DNA of 61,083 nucleotides from Acidimicrobiia bacterium (GTDB lineage Bacteria > Actinomycetota > Acidimicrobiia > Acidimicrobiales > SZUA-35): contig QIKW01000270.1 in assembly GCA_003231975.1 (NCBI GenBank), positions 1-61,083 of the forward strand, in the 5' to 3' direction. Positions within the stretch are counted from its first letter, which is position 1, and the number at the start of each line of letters is the position of its first letter. The notes below the pieces were generated by a model. The model saw only the letters and a list, made by a program, of their open reading frames with translations. It was not told the DNA's origin and did no database searches. The position numbers and the translations under genes were made by a program. This document shows, piece by piece, positions 1 through 8,457 of the stretch.

Positions 1-56
1 GTTGGGGCAGCCGTGGTTGGGGCAGCCGTGGTTGGGGCAGCCGTGGTTGGGGCAGG
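1..56 (-). repeat. 15-bp tandem repeat GTTGGGGCAGCCGTG x3.7, encoding (PTTAA)n at the kinase C-terminus
   Basis: Perfect units at 1-15, 16-30 and 31-45, with a partial unit at 46-56. In frame with the kinase on the minus strand. Confidence 0.9.
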
Positions 57-1673
57 AGTAGAAGGCGCTGCTGGCGGGCGCGTTGTTGCCACCCGTCTTG
101 CGGTGGTTGGCGCCGCGGTGGCCTGAGGCGATGTTGTTGTTGATCCGCTTGACCCGCCGGGCGCGGCCACTGTAAACCGTGACGAGGCCCTGGTTTCGGT
201 CCCGTCGGCCGCAACCAGAACAATCGAGACGGTAAGCCGGCGACCGACCCAGGCAGGATCGGTTGGTTGAACTGTGAGCAAACTTGTGCCAGGCACGTTT
301 GCAAGTGCTGTTTCCTCAACCAGACCCGGCACGGCCCATCGACCCTCAACGGCTCCTTCAGCCAAAACAGAGCAAACCAAGGACCCTCCAACCTCAACCT
401 CGGCTGGGCACGTGATCTCCAACTGCGGCACTAAGACTGCCGCCACAGTTGTTGATTGTTGAGTGGACGTTTGGGTGACGCCCGCAACCGCGACGCTGGC
501 GTTGCTTTCGTCACCTAGCCCGCTAGCGAGGACCGCGTACGAAGCCCCGGCCAGAAGGATGGCTATCGCCACCAGAACCAGGTAACGACGGCCGCCCTTT
601 ACAGACTCTTCGGAGGCCTCTGAGGCAGGCTGCAAACCGGCGGTTCCCGCCTGACCCACCAGGCCGGCAACGGTCAACCCGCTGTCGAGCTGGGCTCCAT
701 CGGTTAAGCCCGCCAGCCCGGTAATCGTTACTCCGCTGTCACCCTTACCCTGGGCCGCTACAGCGCCAAGCCCGGCAACCGTCAGATCGCCGCCCTGGGT
801 TTCCCCACCTGTGATGCCACCCGGAGCCAAACCGGGCCCGGCAGGGACGTAGCCATCGAGGTTGGCCTCCATTGCTTCCTTCAACGCGGCAGCCAACTGG
901 GCGGCCGAGCCGTGTCGATCCTTGGGTTCTTTGGCCAGTGCCCGCTCAATTTCTGTTGCCAGCGCATCTGGAACGCCGCCTGGGCGGAGGTCGGGCGGCG
1001 GCTCGAAGAGGATGCGCCGAAGCATCGCTGCTGCCGATTCGTCGTCTGGTTTGAGAAACGGCGGGATACCCGATATCAGGTTGTGCAAGGTTGAGCCAAG
1101 AGCGTAAACGTCCATGGCAACGGTACCCGGCTTGCCGTCAAGCAACTCGGGTGGGGCATGCGCCAAGCTGGCCGACGCTCCCTTCGTGGTGGTAGCCCCG
1201 CTCATCACCGTGGCGATTCCAAAGTCGGTAAGCTTTGGGTTGTCGAACTGATCAATCAGAATGTTGTCTGGCTTGATGTCTCGGTGGAGGATTCCTGCCT
1301 GGTGGGCGGCTTCAACACCAGCTGCTATCTGGCACACCAGCGAGACGGCGTCTGGCCAGGCAAGCGGCCCGTTCTTGTCAAGTCGCTCGCGCAACGAGCC
1401 ACCAGGCGCGAACTCCATGACCAGGTACGCCTGTCCGTCGTTGGTGTAGCCAGAGCCGTAGACCGGAACCACGTTTGGGTGGGCACCCAACTTGCCCATT
1501 GCTTTACGTTCGCGCTCGAACCGCTTACGTTCCTCTGGCCCAAGGTGCCCATCCAGGACCTTTACCGCAACGTCTCGTCCGTGCTCTTCGTCTGCGGCTC
1601 GATAAACCGACCCGAACCCGCCTCGTCCCACCAGTTCAGCATTACCGAATCCAGCTATTTCGCGCTCTGTCAT
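1..1673 (-). CDS. Ser/Thr protein kinase (Hanks/PknB-like), single-pass membrane protein; the 3' end runs off the left window edge
   Basis: Own minus-strand translation from ATG 1673..1671 (GAGGGGGG SD upstream). It shows GRGGFGSVY, VAVK, HRDIKPDNIL, DFG, a TM helix (YLVLVAIAILLAG) and a Pro/Thr/Ala tail. The frame stays open to position 1, so it is absent from the ORF track. Confidence 0.9.
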   Translation of the reverse strand, partial: MTEREIAGFGNAELVGRGGFGSVYRAADEEHGRDVAVKVLDGHLGPEERKRFERERKAMGKLGAHPNVVPVYGSGYTNDGQAYLVMEFAPGGSLRERLDKNGPLAWPDAVSLVCQIAAGVEAAHQAGILHRDIKPDNILIDQFDNPKLTDFGIATVMSGATTTKGASASLAHAPPELLDGKPGTVAMDVYALGSTLHNLISGIPPFLKPDDESAAAMLRRILFEPPPDLRPGGVPDALATEIERALAKEPKDRHGSAAQLAAALKEAMEANLDGYVPAGPGLAPGGITGGETQGGDLTVAGLGAVAAQGKGDSGVTITGLAGLTDGAQLDSGLTVAGLVGQAGTAGLQPASEASEESVKGGRRYLVLVAIAILLAGASYAVLASGLGDESNASVAVAGVTQTSTQQSTTVAAVLVPQLEITCPAEVEVGGSLVCSVLAEGAVEGRWAVPGLVEETALANVPGTSLLTVQPTDPAWVGRRLTVSIVLVAADGTETRASSRFTVAAPGGSSGSTTTSPQATAAPTTARRVATTRPPAAPSTPAPTTAAPTTAAPTTAAP

Positions 1674-2561
1674 GAGACCCCCCTCATTCTTGGTCTCAAT
1701 CGGCGTTTAGGCCACGCTCCAACGCCTAGCCGATTGTGATTTGTCTTGATTGTAGTCAGAACAACCATGGCTGGCGGTTCCAGCGATCTTGTTTGATGTG
1801 GGCCAACTGTAATGCCAGGTAGTCGCGGCGGCATGGGGGAGCTCCCCAGGTGCCCGGGTTTCCGGTAGGGGTTGGATTGGCTTTCCCTAGCAAAGGCGTT
1901 GTGCTGTGGGGGACCTCCCCGATGACCGAGAGCGGCTGCGGTTCCTATTCTGACCCCACCAACCAGAACGAATGGGGAGAGTCATGGCACGCAACGGAGG
2001 AAGACGAACCGGGGAAATCTTTGCTCAGATCGATGAGCTGCATCAGGTGCTCGACGGTCAAGTGGTGGTCTCCCAAAGTCGCTGGGTCGATCACCTTCTT
2101 GACCTTCTGAATCTCGTCGAGCTTCCGTCTCTGCGTAGGGTGGTCGAGGGCAGCCTTTCTTCGATCAGAAACCTCGGCTCCGTTGAGTCAAGATGGATGA
2201 GCAACGAGCTGAAGATGCTGGCATCTGCAATAGAGATCGAAGCCGCCTTCGACGCCGTCGCAGCCCCACTGGGCTGATGCCTTCGCTGCTTGGAACCCGC
2301 CGCCTGGAGCAGTTCGACCAGCCCTGATTCAGCAACGGCAATGACCGGATTCTATGACCGAAGGCAACTGAATAGAGGCTTTAGTCACTACCGGGGCTGC
2401 CGGTGACACCTTTCACCAAGCCGCACGACAACACCCCCAACATGTAGATTAGATGTACACCGCTTGCCCATCATCTGAAACGATGGATTCGATCGATTCT
2501 CGTTTGGTCGCAGTTCTGTTTGATCAGGTCCCCGTGGGCAGCGTATCGAAAGGACGAAGTT

Positions 2562-3224
2562 GTGACTTCAAGCCTTATCCGACGCCTGTCTGCACCGCTG
2601 CTCGGTGTTGTGTTGGTGGCAGCTGCGTGTGTTAGCGACGACCCCGATCCCAATGTGGCAACTGTCTCACCAGACTCCGACCTCGTGATGGTCATGGGAG
2701 AGTTCTGGTTTCTTCCCTCGGTGATTACCGTTACAGAAGGCACCACAATTCGGATCACTCTGGTGAACGAAGGGCTTGTAGACCACGAGTTCATGATCGG
2801 CCGAGACGTCAACCCGGGTGGGGGGTACGCCGAAGATCTGCTTGGTATGGCCCTGGTCAGTGCCGAAGGTTACGGGTTCGAAGCTATGCCTCCTCTTGAC
2901 GGAGGCGAGGGCGGCGGCATGGAAGGCATGGACGCCGAGGCCCCACACGACGAAGACGAGGGTGAAGACGCCGCTGAAGACGCCGAGGCCCCACACGACG
3001 AAGCCGAGGGTGAAGACGCCGAAGCCGCCCCACACGGTGAAGACGCCGGTGATGGCCTCGTTCTACACGGCTCGCAGATAACGGTTCGTCCAGGCGGGAA
3101 AGTCCAAATCGTTCTTGAGATCCCCACAGGCGTCACCGGAGAATGGAGCCTTGGCTGCTTCATCGAAGGCCACTTCGAAGCAGGAATGAAAGGCACCCTT
3201 TCCATCTCGGCCTCTAAGGCATAG
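2562..3224 (+). CDS. Cupredoxin-fold (type-1 blue copper) lipoprotein with a His/Asp/Glu-rich insert
   Basis: ORF 2520..3224. GTG 2562 follows the GAAAGGACGAAG SD. Lipobox VAAAC. T1 Cu ligand set: H in VDHEF, then GCFIEGHFEAGM. The insert has repeated APHDE(D/A)EGEDA. Confidence 0.75.
   Translation: MTSSLIRRLSAPLLGVVLVAAACVSDDPDPNVATVSPDSDLVMVMGEFWFLPSVITVTEGTTIRITLVNEGLVDHEFMIGRDVNPGGGYAEDLLGMALVSAEGYGFEAMPPLDGGEGGGMEGMDAEAPHDEDEGEDAAEDAEAPHDEAEGEDAEAAPHGEDAGDGLVLHGSQITVRPGGKVQIVLEIPTGVTGEWSLGCFIEGHFEAGMKGTLSISASKA
2931..3053 (+). repeat. 48-nt coding tandem repeat (about 2.5 units) encoding DAEAPHDExEGEDAxx
   Basis: Units 2931-2978 and 2979-3026 are near-identical; a partial third unit follows. 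Confidence 0.8.
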
Positions 3225-3265
3225 CGACAGAGGGCCTAGGGCTCCGCCTCGGTTCCCCTTGGTTG

Positions 3266-4153
3266 TCAGATCGGGCTTCCTACCAAGGAATCCAGTGCAA
3301 CCAGAGCGAAGAGAATGGACAAGTAAGAGATTGAATCTCGGAAGAAACCCATTGCCCTTTGCTCTGTAAGCCGGAAGGATCCCACAACGAACCAGCCGCC
3401 GAGCACCGCGGTCGGTATCAGGTAGACCAGGCCAACTGCTGAGCCAAAACCCACACCAAGGGAGACGAGCGCCGTGGCAACCGTGTAAAGCTGCATTTGG
3501 CGGATCGTTGCAGCCACGCCGGCCACAACGGGCAGCATTGGTACAGCGGCGTTTCGATAGTCGTCTCGATAGCGAATAGCCAGAGCCCAGAAGTGGGGCG
3601 GAGTCCACAAACAAACCACCATGAACAGCATGACAGCCTCAAACGAGATCGTTCCGGTTACAGCAGCCCAGCCAACCAGAACCGGCCCGGCGCCTGCCGC
3701 TCCCCCAACCACGATGTTCTGCGGTGTGCGCCGCTTCAGCCAGAGCGTGTACACGAACACATAAAAGAGTAGCGAACCAGTGGTTAACCACGCAGCCAAT
3801 TGGCCTACAAGAACTGCCAGCCAAATGTGCCCGGCAAAACCAAGGCAAACACCAAAGACCACGGCATTCCGAACCGGGACGGCATTGGTGGCAAGCGGCC
3901 TATGGGCTGTGCGATCCATCACCTGATCGATGTCACGGTCATACACGTTGTTCAAAACATTTGCACCACCGGCCGAAAGTGTGCCCCCAATCACGGTGGC
4001 CGCAACCAACCATGTGGACGGCCAGCCACCAGCAGCCAGCATCATCACGGGCACGGTTGTGACGAGGAGCAACTCGATTATTCGAGGCTTGGTGAGCCGA
4101 ATGTAGGTGCCGACGACCGATCGCCTACCAACGACGGTTCGGGTATCGAGCAC
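3266..4153 (-). CDS. ctaB: Protoheme IX farnesyltransferase (heme O synthase)
   Basis: UbiA-family motif NNVYDRDIDQVMDRTAHRPL, polytopic. Start moved to GTG 4153, 5 nt after the upstream stop; the longer ORF start at 4240 would overlap the upstream gene by 82 nt. Confidence 0.9.
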   Translation of the reverse strand: MLDTRTVVGRRSVVGTYIRLTKPRIIELLLVTTVPVMMLAAGGWPSTWLVAATVIGGTLSAGGANVLNNVYDRDIDQVMDRTAHRPLATNAVPVRNAVVFGVCLGFAGHIWLAVLVGQLAAWLTTGSLLFYVFVYTLWLKRRTPQNIVVGGAAGAGPVLVGWAAVTGTISFEAVMLFMVVCLWTPPHFWALAIRYRDDYRNAAVPMLPVVAGVAATIRQMQLYTVATALVSLGVGFGSAVGLVYLIPTAVLGGWFVVGSFRLTEQRAMGFFRDSISYLSILFALVALDSLVGSPI

Positions 4154-4158
4154 GGCGC

Positions 4159-4857
4159 TCAGGCCGCCAATACGAAGAGCTTGGTGTTCATTCCGGCATC
4201 CCAATGCGCTCCCCTGCCCTGGAAGCAACCAACCGCCCATTCACCAATTGCATCTTCGGGAACCGTAACGGTGAGGCGAGCAACTTCACCTGACCGACGC
4301 AACACCATGTAGCCCTCGTGAGGAGCCTCCTCACCGGCATCACCCATGGCACCCATCTCCTCATCGGTCATGTCCATGGCATCACCATCACCCATGTCCA
4401 TGCCCTCCATGGCCCCCATCTCCTCATCGGTCATGTCCATGGCATCACCATCACCCATGGCACCCATCTCCTCATCGGTCATGTCCATGGCATCACCATC
4501 ACCCATGTCCATGCCCTCCATGGCCCCCATGTTCATTCCTGCATTGGCGGGCACAACCGAAGGTGTCACATCTTCGAAAAAGTCGTGTTCAAAGCCGTCA
4601 GGAAAACCAGCCGGGGATTTCAGCAAGTTGCGGCCAATCATGAACTCATGCTCGTTGGCCCCACCGTTCACGATTACGAACGTGACGGTCTCGCCTGCGG
4701 TCACCTCGATGCGGTCTGCACCGAAGCTGAACTCATCCATGTTAATCACGATCTCGCCGTTGGCATCGGGGCTCAAAACGACGTCTTCCTCAGCCAGGCC
4801 ACAGCCAGCTGCAACAATTCCAATTGCGGCTAGCGAAAACAATGGGATTCGTTTCAT
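4159..4857 (-). CDS. Cupredoxin-fold (type-1 copper) lipoprotein with a Met/Asp-rich repeat insert
   Basis: Lipobox VAAGC. Ligands: H in NEHEF, then GCFQGRGAHWDAGM. The insert is GDGDAMDMTDEEMGAM x3. It lies between ctaE and ctaB on the same strand. Confidence 0.8.
   Translation of the reverse strand: MKRIPLFSLAAIGIVAAGCGLAEEDVVLSPDANGEIVINMDEFSFGADRIEVTAGETVTFVIVNGGANEHEFMIGRNLLKSPAGFPDGFEHDFFEDVTPSVVPANAGMNMGAMEGMDMGDGDAMDMTDEEMGAMGDGDAMDMTDEEMGAMEGMDMGDGDAMDMTDEEMGAMGDAGEEAPHEGYMVLRRSGEVARLTVTVPEDAIGEWAVGCFQGRGAHWDAGMNTKLFVLAA
4336..4530 (-). repeat. Near-perfect coding tandem repeat (42-nt core x3, at 4354, 4417 and 4465) encoding the Met/Asp-rich motif
   Basis: The core catctcctcatcggtcatgtccatggcatcaccatcacccat recurs exactly three times with 63- and 48-nt spacing. 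Confidence 0.9.
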
Positions 4858-4902
4858 TTTGGATTCCTCGCTTTTGGAACAGTAAAACCCTAGCTGACCT
4901 GT

Positions 4903-5466
4903 CTAGATCAGATAGAGCACGGGGTAGAAGAACACCCAGACAATGTCAACGAAATGCCAGTACTTGACCCCTGCTTCAACCGGCCAAGAATCGTCGGCGT
5001 ACCGGCCCGCCTTGGCATTTCGAATCAGCACCGTAAGAAAGATCAGGCCGGTGATCACGTGGAAGGCATGAATCCCAGTCATCGTGAAGAACACCGTGCC
5101 AAACGCTGTCCCTGGAGGAAACTCCATGAACGCCTCATACCACTCAAAGGCCACGCCACCCAGAAAGATCGTGCCGAGAATCAATGTCGCCCAGAGGTAT
5201 TGCACCATTGCAGCCTGGTCGCCTTTGTGGGCTGCGTGTTCGGCTCTGAAAGCCGTGTAGCTGGAAGCCAGGAGAATGACAGTGATCACCAGGCCGATCG
5301 ACTGAGAGACAGCCTCGTCAACCTCGGTTCCCAACAAACTGAACCGGATGGCAATCAACCCAGCGAACAACATCGCCTCGGACAAGAAGAACAGCCACAG
5401 CCCGATGCGATTGATCTTGATTCGAGAAACGCCGTGCTCTAGGGGAGGGGCATCGGTAACGGTCAT
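4903..5466 (-). CDS. ctaE: Cytochrome c oxidase subunit III
   Basis: Polytopic COX3-like sequence. ATG 5466 overlaps the upstream stop (ATGA). Confidence 0.9.
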   Translation of the reverse strand: MTVTDAPPLEHGVSRIKINRIGLWLFFLSEAMLFAGLIAIRFSLLGTEVDEAVSQSIGLVITVILLASSYTAFRAEHAAHKGDQAAMVQYLWATLILGTIFLGGVAFEWYEAFMEFPPGTAFGTVFFTMTGIHAFHVITGLIFLTVLIRNAKAGRYADDSWPVEAGVKYWHFVDIVWVFFYPVLYLI

Positions 5467-5651
5467 GAGTGTTCGTTCCCAAAGATGTTTCTCAAGTGCA
5501 TAAACGCAACCAAGATGATCGCCGCCTTCGCAATGGAGATGATGAGGAGCCAAAAGAAGGCTCCGGCCACCGCTTCGGCGCTCACAAAGTACTCAATAAC
5601 TGTCAAGACACTAAGCACCACAATTGCTGTAAACCCTGGTGATTCTCTCAT
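5463..5651 (-). CDS. ctaF: Small cytochrome oxidase subunit IV (COX4_pro-like, 2 TM)
   Basis: 62 aa with two hydrophobic helices and VAFMHLRN. ATGA overlaps with both ctaD and ctaE. Confidence 0.65.
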   Translation of the reverse strand: MRESPGFTAIVVLSVLTVIEYFVSAEAVAGAFFWLLIISIAKAAIILVAFMHLRNIFGNEHS

Positions 5652-7483
5652 GCCTCCACCGTTTCTTGGATCTTTGGCAGCGTTCCGATGCCAAGGTCGG
5701 CATGGTCAGAGTCTGGCTCTCCATAGCCGTAAGGATCGGCCAGGATGATCGGGGGGACCTCAAAATTCTCATGCGGCGGTGGCGAAGGGACCTGCCATTC
5801 CAACGTACGAGCGCCCCACGGGTTGGCCGGAGCCTTCGCCCCCTTGATCCAGCTGTAAATGAAGTTGTAGAGGAACACAACGAAGCTCGTGCCCAGAAAG
5901 AACCCGGCCATCGAGATAACACGATTGGTGCCGACCAAATCCGGGGTGTAGTCAGCAACCCTGCGGTTCATCCCCTGGAGGCCAACGATGAACATCGGCA
6001 GGAACGTAACGTTGAACCCCACCATCATCCACCAGAAGTGAATCTTGCCGAGCCGATCGTTCATCATCCGGCCGGTCATCTTTGGGAACCAATAGTAGAT
6101 AGCTGCAAAGAGCCCGAAGATCCCCCCGCCGAGGACCACGTAATGGAGATGGGCAACAACGAAGTAGGTGTCTTGAAGCTGGATGTCGACCGGAACATCG
6201 GCCAGGAATACCCCTGTGATCCCTCCGATCAGGAAGTTGAAGAGCACAGCTAATGCGAACAACATTGGCAGTTCTAACCGGATCTTTCCAAGCCAAAGAG
6301 TTCCTACCGCAGACAAAAAGATCATTCCAGTCGGGATCGAGATCAACTCTGTGCTGGCCAGGAACGGCTTGCGAAGGGCCTCGGCCATGCCACTGGTGAA
6401 CATGTGGTGGGCCCAAACAAACATGCTCATGCCCATTATCCCAAGCAGCCCGCCAACCGCCCACTTGTATCCAAACAGCGGCTTCCGAGAGAAGTGCGAG
6501 ATGATCTCAAGGGTGATTCCGAAGGCTGGCAGGATCATGATGTAGACCGCGGGGTGCGAATAGAACCAGAAGATGTGCTGATACAGCAAGGGGTCCCCGC
6601 CCGAGGCCGGATCGAAGAACACCATTCCCGCCGTTCGGTCAAGCACCACCATAAGCATCGCAAGGGCAATGAACTGAGTGAAGATCAGCGACAGAATCGA
6701 GGTGACAAAGATGGACCAGACAAAGATGGGGAGCCTCATCCAGTTCATGCCCTTTGCCCTCATCGTCACCACGGTCACAATGATGTTGAGGGCGCCAATT
6801 ATTGACGACAACCCCAGGGTGAAGAACGCCAGGTTGAAGAACAGGCCGCCAACGTCACTTTCAACAGACAGCGGGGCGTATCCCGTCCAGCCCGTGTCGT
6901 AGCCGCCTGATACAAAGGAAACGGTCAGCGCAATAAGGACTGGGGGAATCAACCAGAACGAGAGGGCATTCAGCCTGGGGAAGGCCATGTCGTCAGCCCC
7001 GATCATGATCGGTACGACGAAGTTGCCAAAGGCACCAACGGTTGCTGCAACGGCGACGAACACCATCATCGTGCCGTGGAGGCTCATTATCGCGTTGTAT
7101 CGACCTGAGTCCAGCAGAGCTTCGCCGTTGTCCATCAGCTCATAGCGCATCAGCATTGCGAACAGCCCTGCCATGAAGAACATGGTGAGGAATTTGACCA
7201 GATACTGAATACCGATCACCTTGTGGTCGGTGTCGAAGTCAAGGTAGCGGCGCCAACCAGTAGTGGTGTAGGGCACCAGCTCCAGCCCAAACCATTCCCT
7301 AGCCCAGTATCGCCACACACCAACGGCCAACAACCAGCCGATGAGGGCGAACATCCAGGCTCCGGCCGAAACCGACTCAACCTCCCAAGCTCTTGCTCCG
7401 GTGGCCACACGAATGGTCATCAACAAGGCAGCGCCCAATATGTAACCGACTGCCCCGCCGATCAAACCGCGAACGATGTTCAT
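5648..7483 (-). CDS. ctaD: Cytochrome c oxidase subunit I (aa3-type) with an N-terminal 2-TM extension
   Basis: TDHKVIGIQYL, SHPAVYIMILP and WAHHMF motifs. ATG 7483 lies 4 nt after the AAGGGAG SD. Confidence 0.95.
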   Translation of the reverse strand: MNIVRGLIGGAVGYILGAALLMTIRVATGARAWEVESVSAGAWMFALIGWLLAVGVWRYWAREWFGLELVPYTTTGWRRYLDFDTDHKVIGIQYLVKFLTMFFMAGLFAMLMRYELMDNGEALLDSGRYNAIMSLHGTMMVFVAVAATVGAFGNFVVPIMIGADDMAFPRLNALSFWLIPPVLIALTVSFVSGGYDTGWTGYAPLSVESDVGGLFFNLAFFTLGLSSIIGALNIIVTVVTMRAKGMNWMRLPIFVWSIFVTSILSLIFTQFIALAMLMVVLDRTAGMVFFDPASGGDPLLYQHIFWFYSHPAVYIMILPAFGITLEIISHFSRKPLFGYKWAVGGLLGIMGMSMFVWAHHMFTSGMAEALRKPFLASTELISIPTGMIFLSAVGTLWLGKIRLELPMLFALAVLFNFLIGGITGVFLADVPVDIQLQDTYFVVAHLHYVVLGGGIFGLFAAIYYWFPKMTGRMMNDRLGKIHFWWMMVGFNVTFLPMFIVGLQGMNRRVADYTPDLVGTNRVISMAGFFLGTSFVVFLYNFIYSWIKGAKAPANPWGARTLEWQVPSPPPHENFEVPPIILADPYGYGEPDSDHADLGIGTLPKIQETVEA

Positions 7484-7535
7484 CAAGCTCCCTTTTCATT
7501 CGACATGGTCATCGACACCGTGATCTGTTTCACTT

Positions 7536-8360
7536 CTATCCCGCGGAAGCCTCAAGCCAAGCGTCGAATTCTGCTTCGGTCACAACGCTTACACCCGTCC
7601 ACATTCGAGCGTGGCCAACCCCGCAGAGTTCGGCACACTGCACTCTCAGCTCGTCAGCACTTTCGAAGGTTCCGAGCTTCTCAGCGGTCACCATCGTTGT
7701 GGTAATTATGCCCGGAACTGCATCCATCTTGATCCGGAAGGCCGGGATCCAGAACGAGTGGATTACATCCGTTGAGGAGATTCGGAACATGATTCGGGTG
7801 TCGATGGGCACCATTAGGGTTCCGCGGGTCTGCACACCAGACTCGGCGTATGTGTACTCCCAACTCCAGCGCTCACCCTTCACGTCAATCACCAGATCGG
7901 GTTCGGGGTAGGCTCGCAGCTCGTCCAACCCGCTGAATCCAGGAGTAATGATTACAACGATCGACAAGATCGTCGTGACGGCCAACCAACCAACAACGAA
8001 TGTCCGATTGGTTCGGATCGGCGGACCGTCAACATCTTGGCCCCGATCCCGGTCTCGAAGCAGCGAATAGCCGATAACCACCAACACAAAGGTGGCAATC
8101 GGCACCGCCATGAGCATCAACAGGTCAAACGCCTCATCGGTGATCCGAGCTTCGCGTGATGCGCCGAACGGATGCCAGTCGTAGGCGGTAACCGCCCACC
8201 AACCAAGCACGGTGGCGATCAACCAGGCTACGCCAACAACAACGAGGCGGTTACGAGTGTTCGATTCTTGCTCTCCCCCTGACACGATTCGGAAAGCTAC
8301 TACATCATGTAGCGGTCGTCCAGCCTTCGACGAATATCTGGACATGAACCCCGAAATCAA
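7536..8360 (-). CDS. ctaC: Cytochrome c oxidase subunit II (CuA centre, no fused cytochrome c domain)
   Basis: HSFWIPAFRIKMD and the CuA motif CAELCGVGHARM. The protein ends right after the CuA domain. The exact start is uncertain. Confidence 0.9.
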   Translation of the reverse strand: MISGFMSRYSSKAGRPLHDVVAFRIVSGGEQESNTRNRLVVVGVAWLIATVLGWWAVTAYDWHPFGASREARITDEAFDLLMLMAVPIATFVLVVIGYSLLRDRDRGQDVDGPPIRTNRTFVVGWLAVTTILSIVVIITPGFSGLDELRAYPEPDLVIDVKGERWSWEYTYAESGVQTRGTLMVPIDTRIMFRISSTDVIHSFWIPAFRIKMDAVPGIITTTMVTAEKLGTFESADELRVQCAELCGVGHARMWTGVSVVTEAEFDAWLEASAG

Positions 8361-8457
8361 TGCTCTAGGTTTCTACCTTCAGTCGCACCTAGTTTTCCAG
8401 CTCCGCCATTTGAGCTAAGGTCAACCAACTCTGGTCGGAGCCGATGGGGAGGTTGAC

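Noticed and set aside
1972-2277. 101-aa plus-strand ORF in the gene-poor region
   Set aside because: It has no SD and no recognisable family, and it overlaps equally plausible minus-strand fragments. It cannot be supported from sequence alone.
4336-4530. Tandem repeats here, and at 1-56, 2931-3053, 24674-24769 and 56363-56416, as possible CRISPR arrays
   Set aside because: The units are contiguous with no unique spacers, are multiples of 3 nt, and lie in frame inside well-supported CDSs. No cas genes are present.
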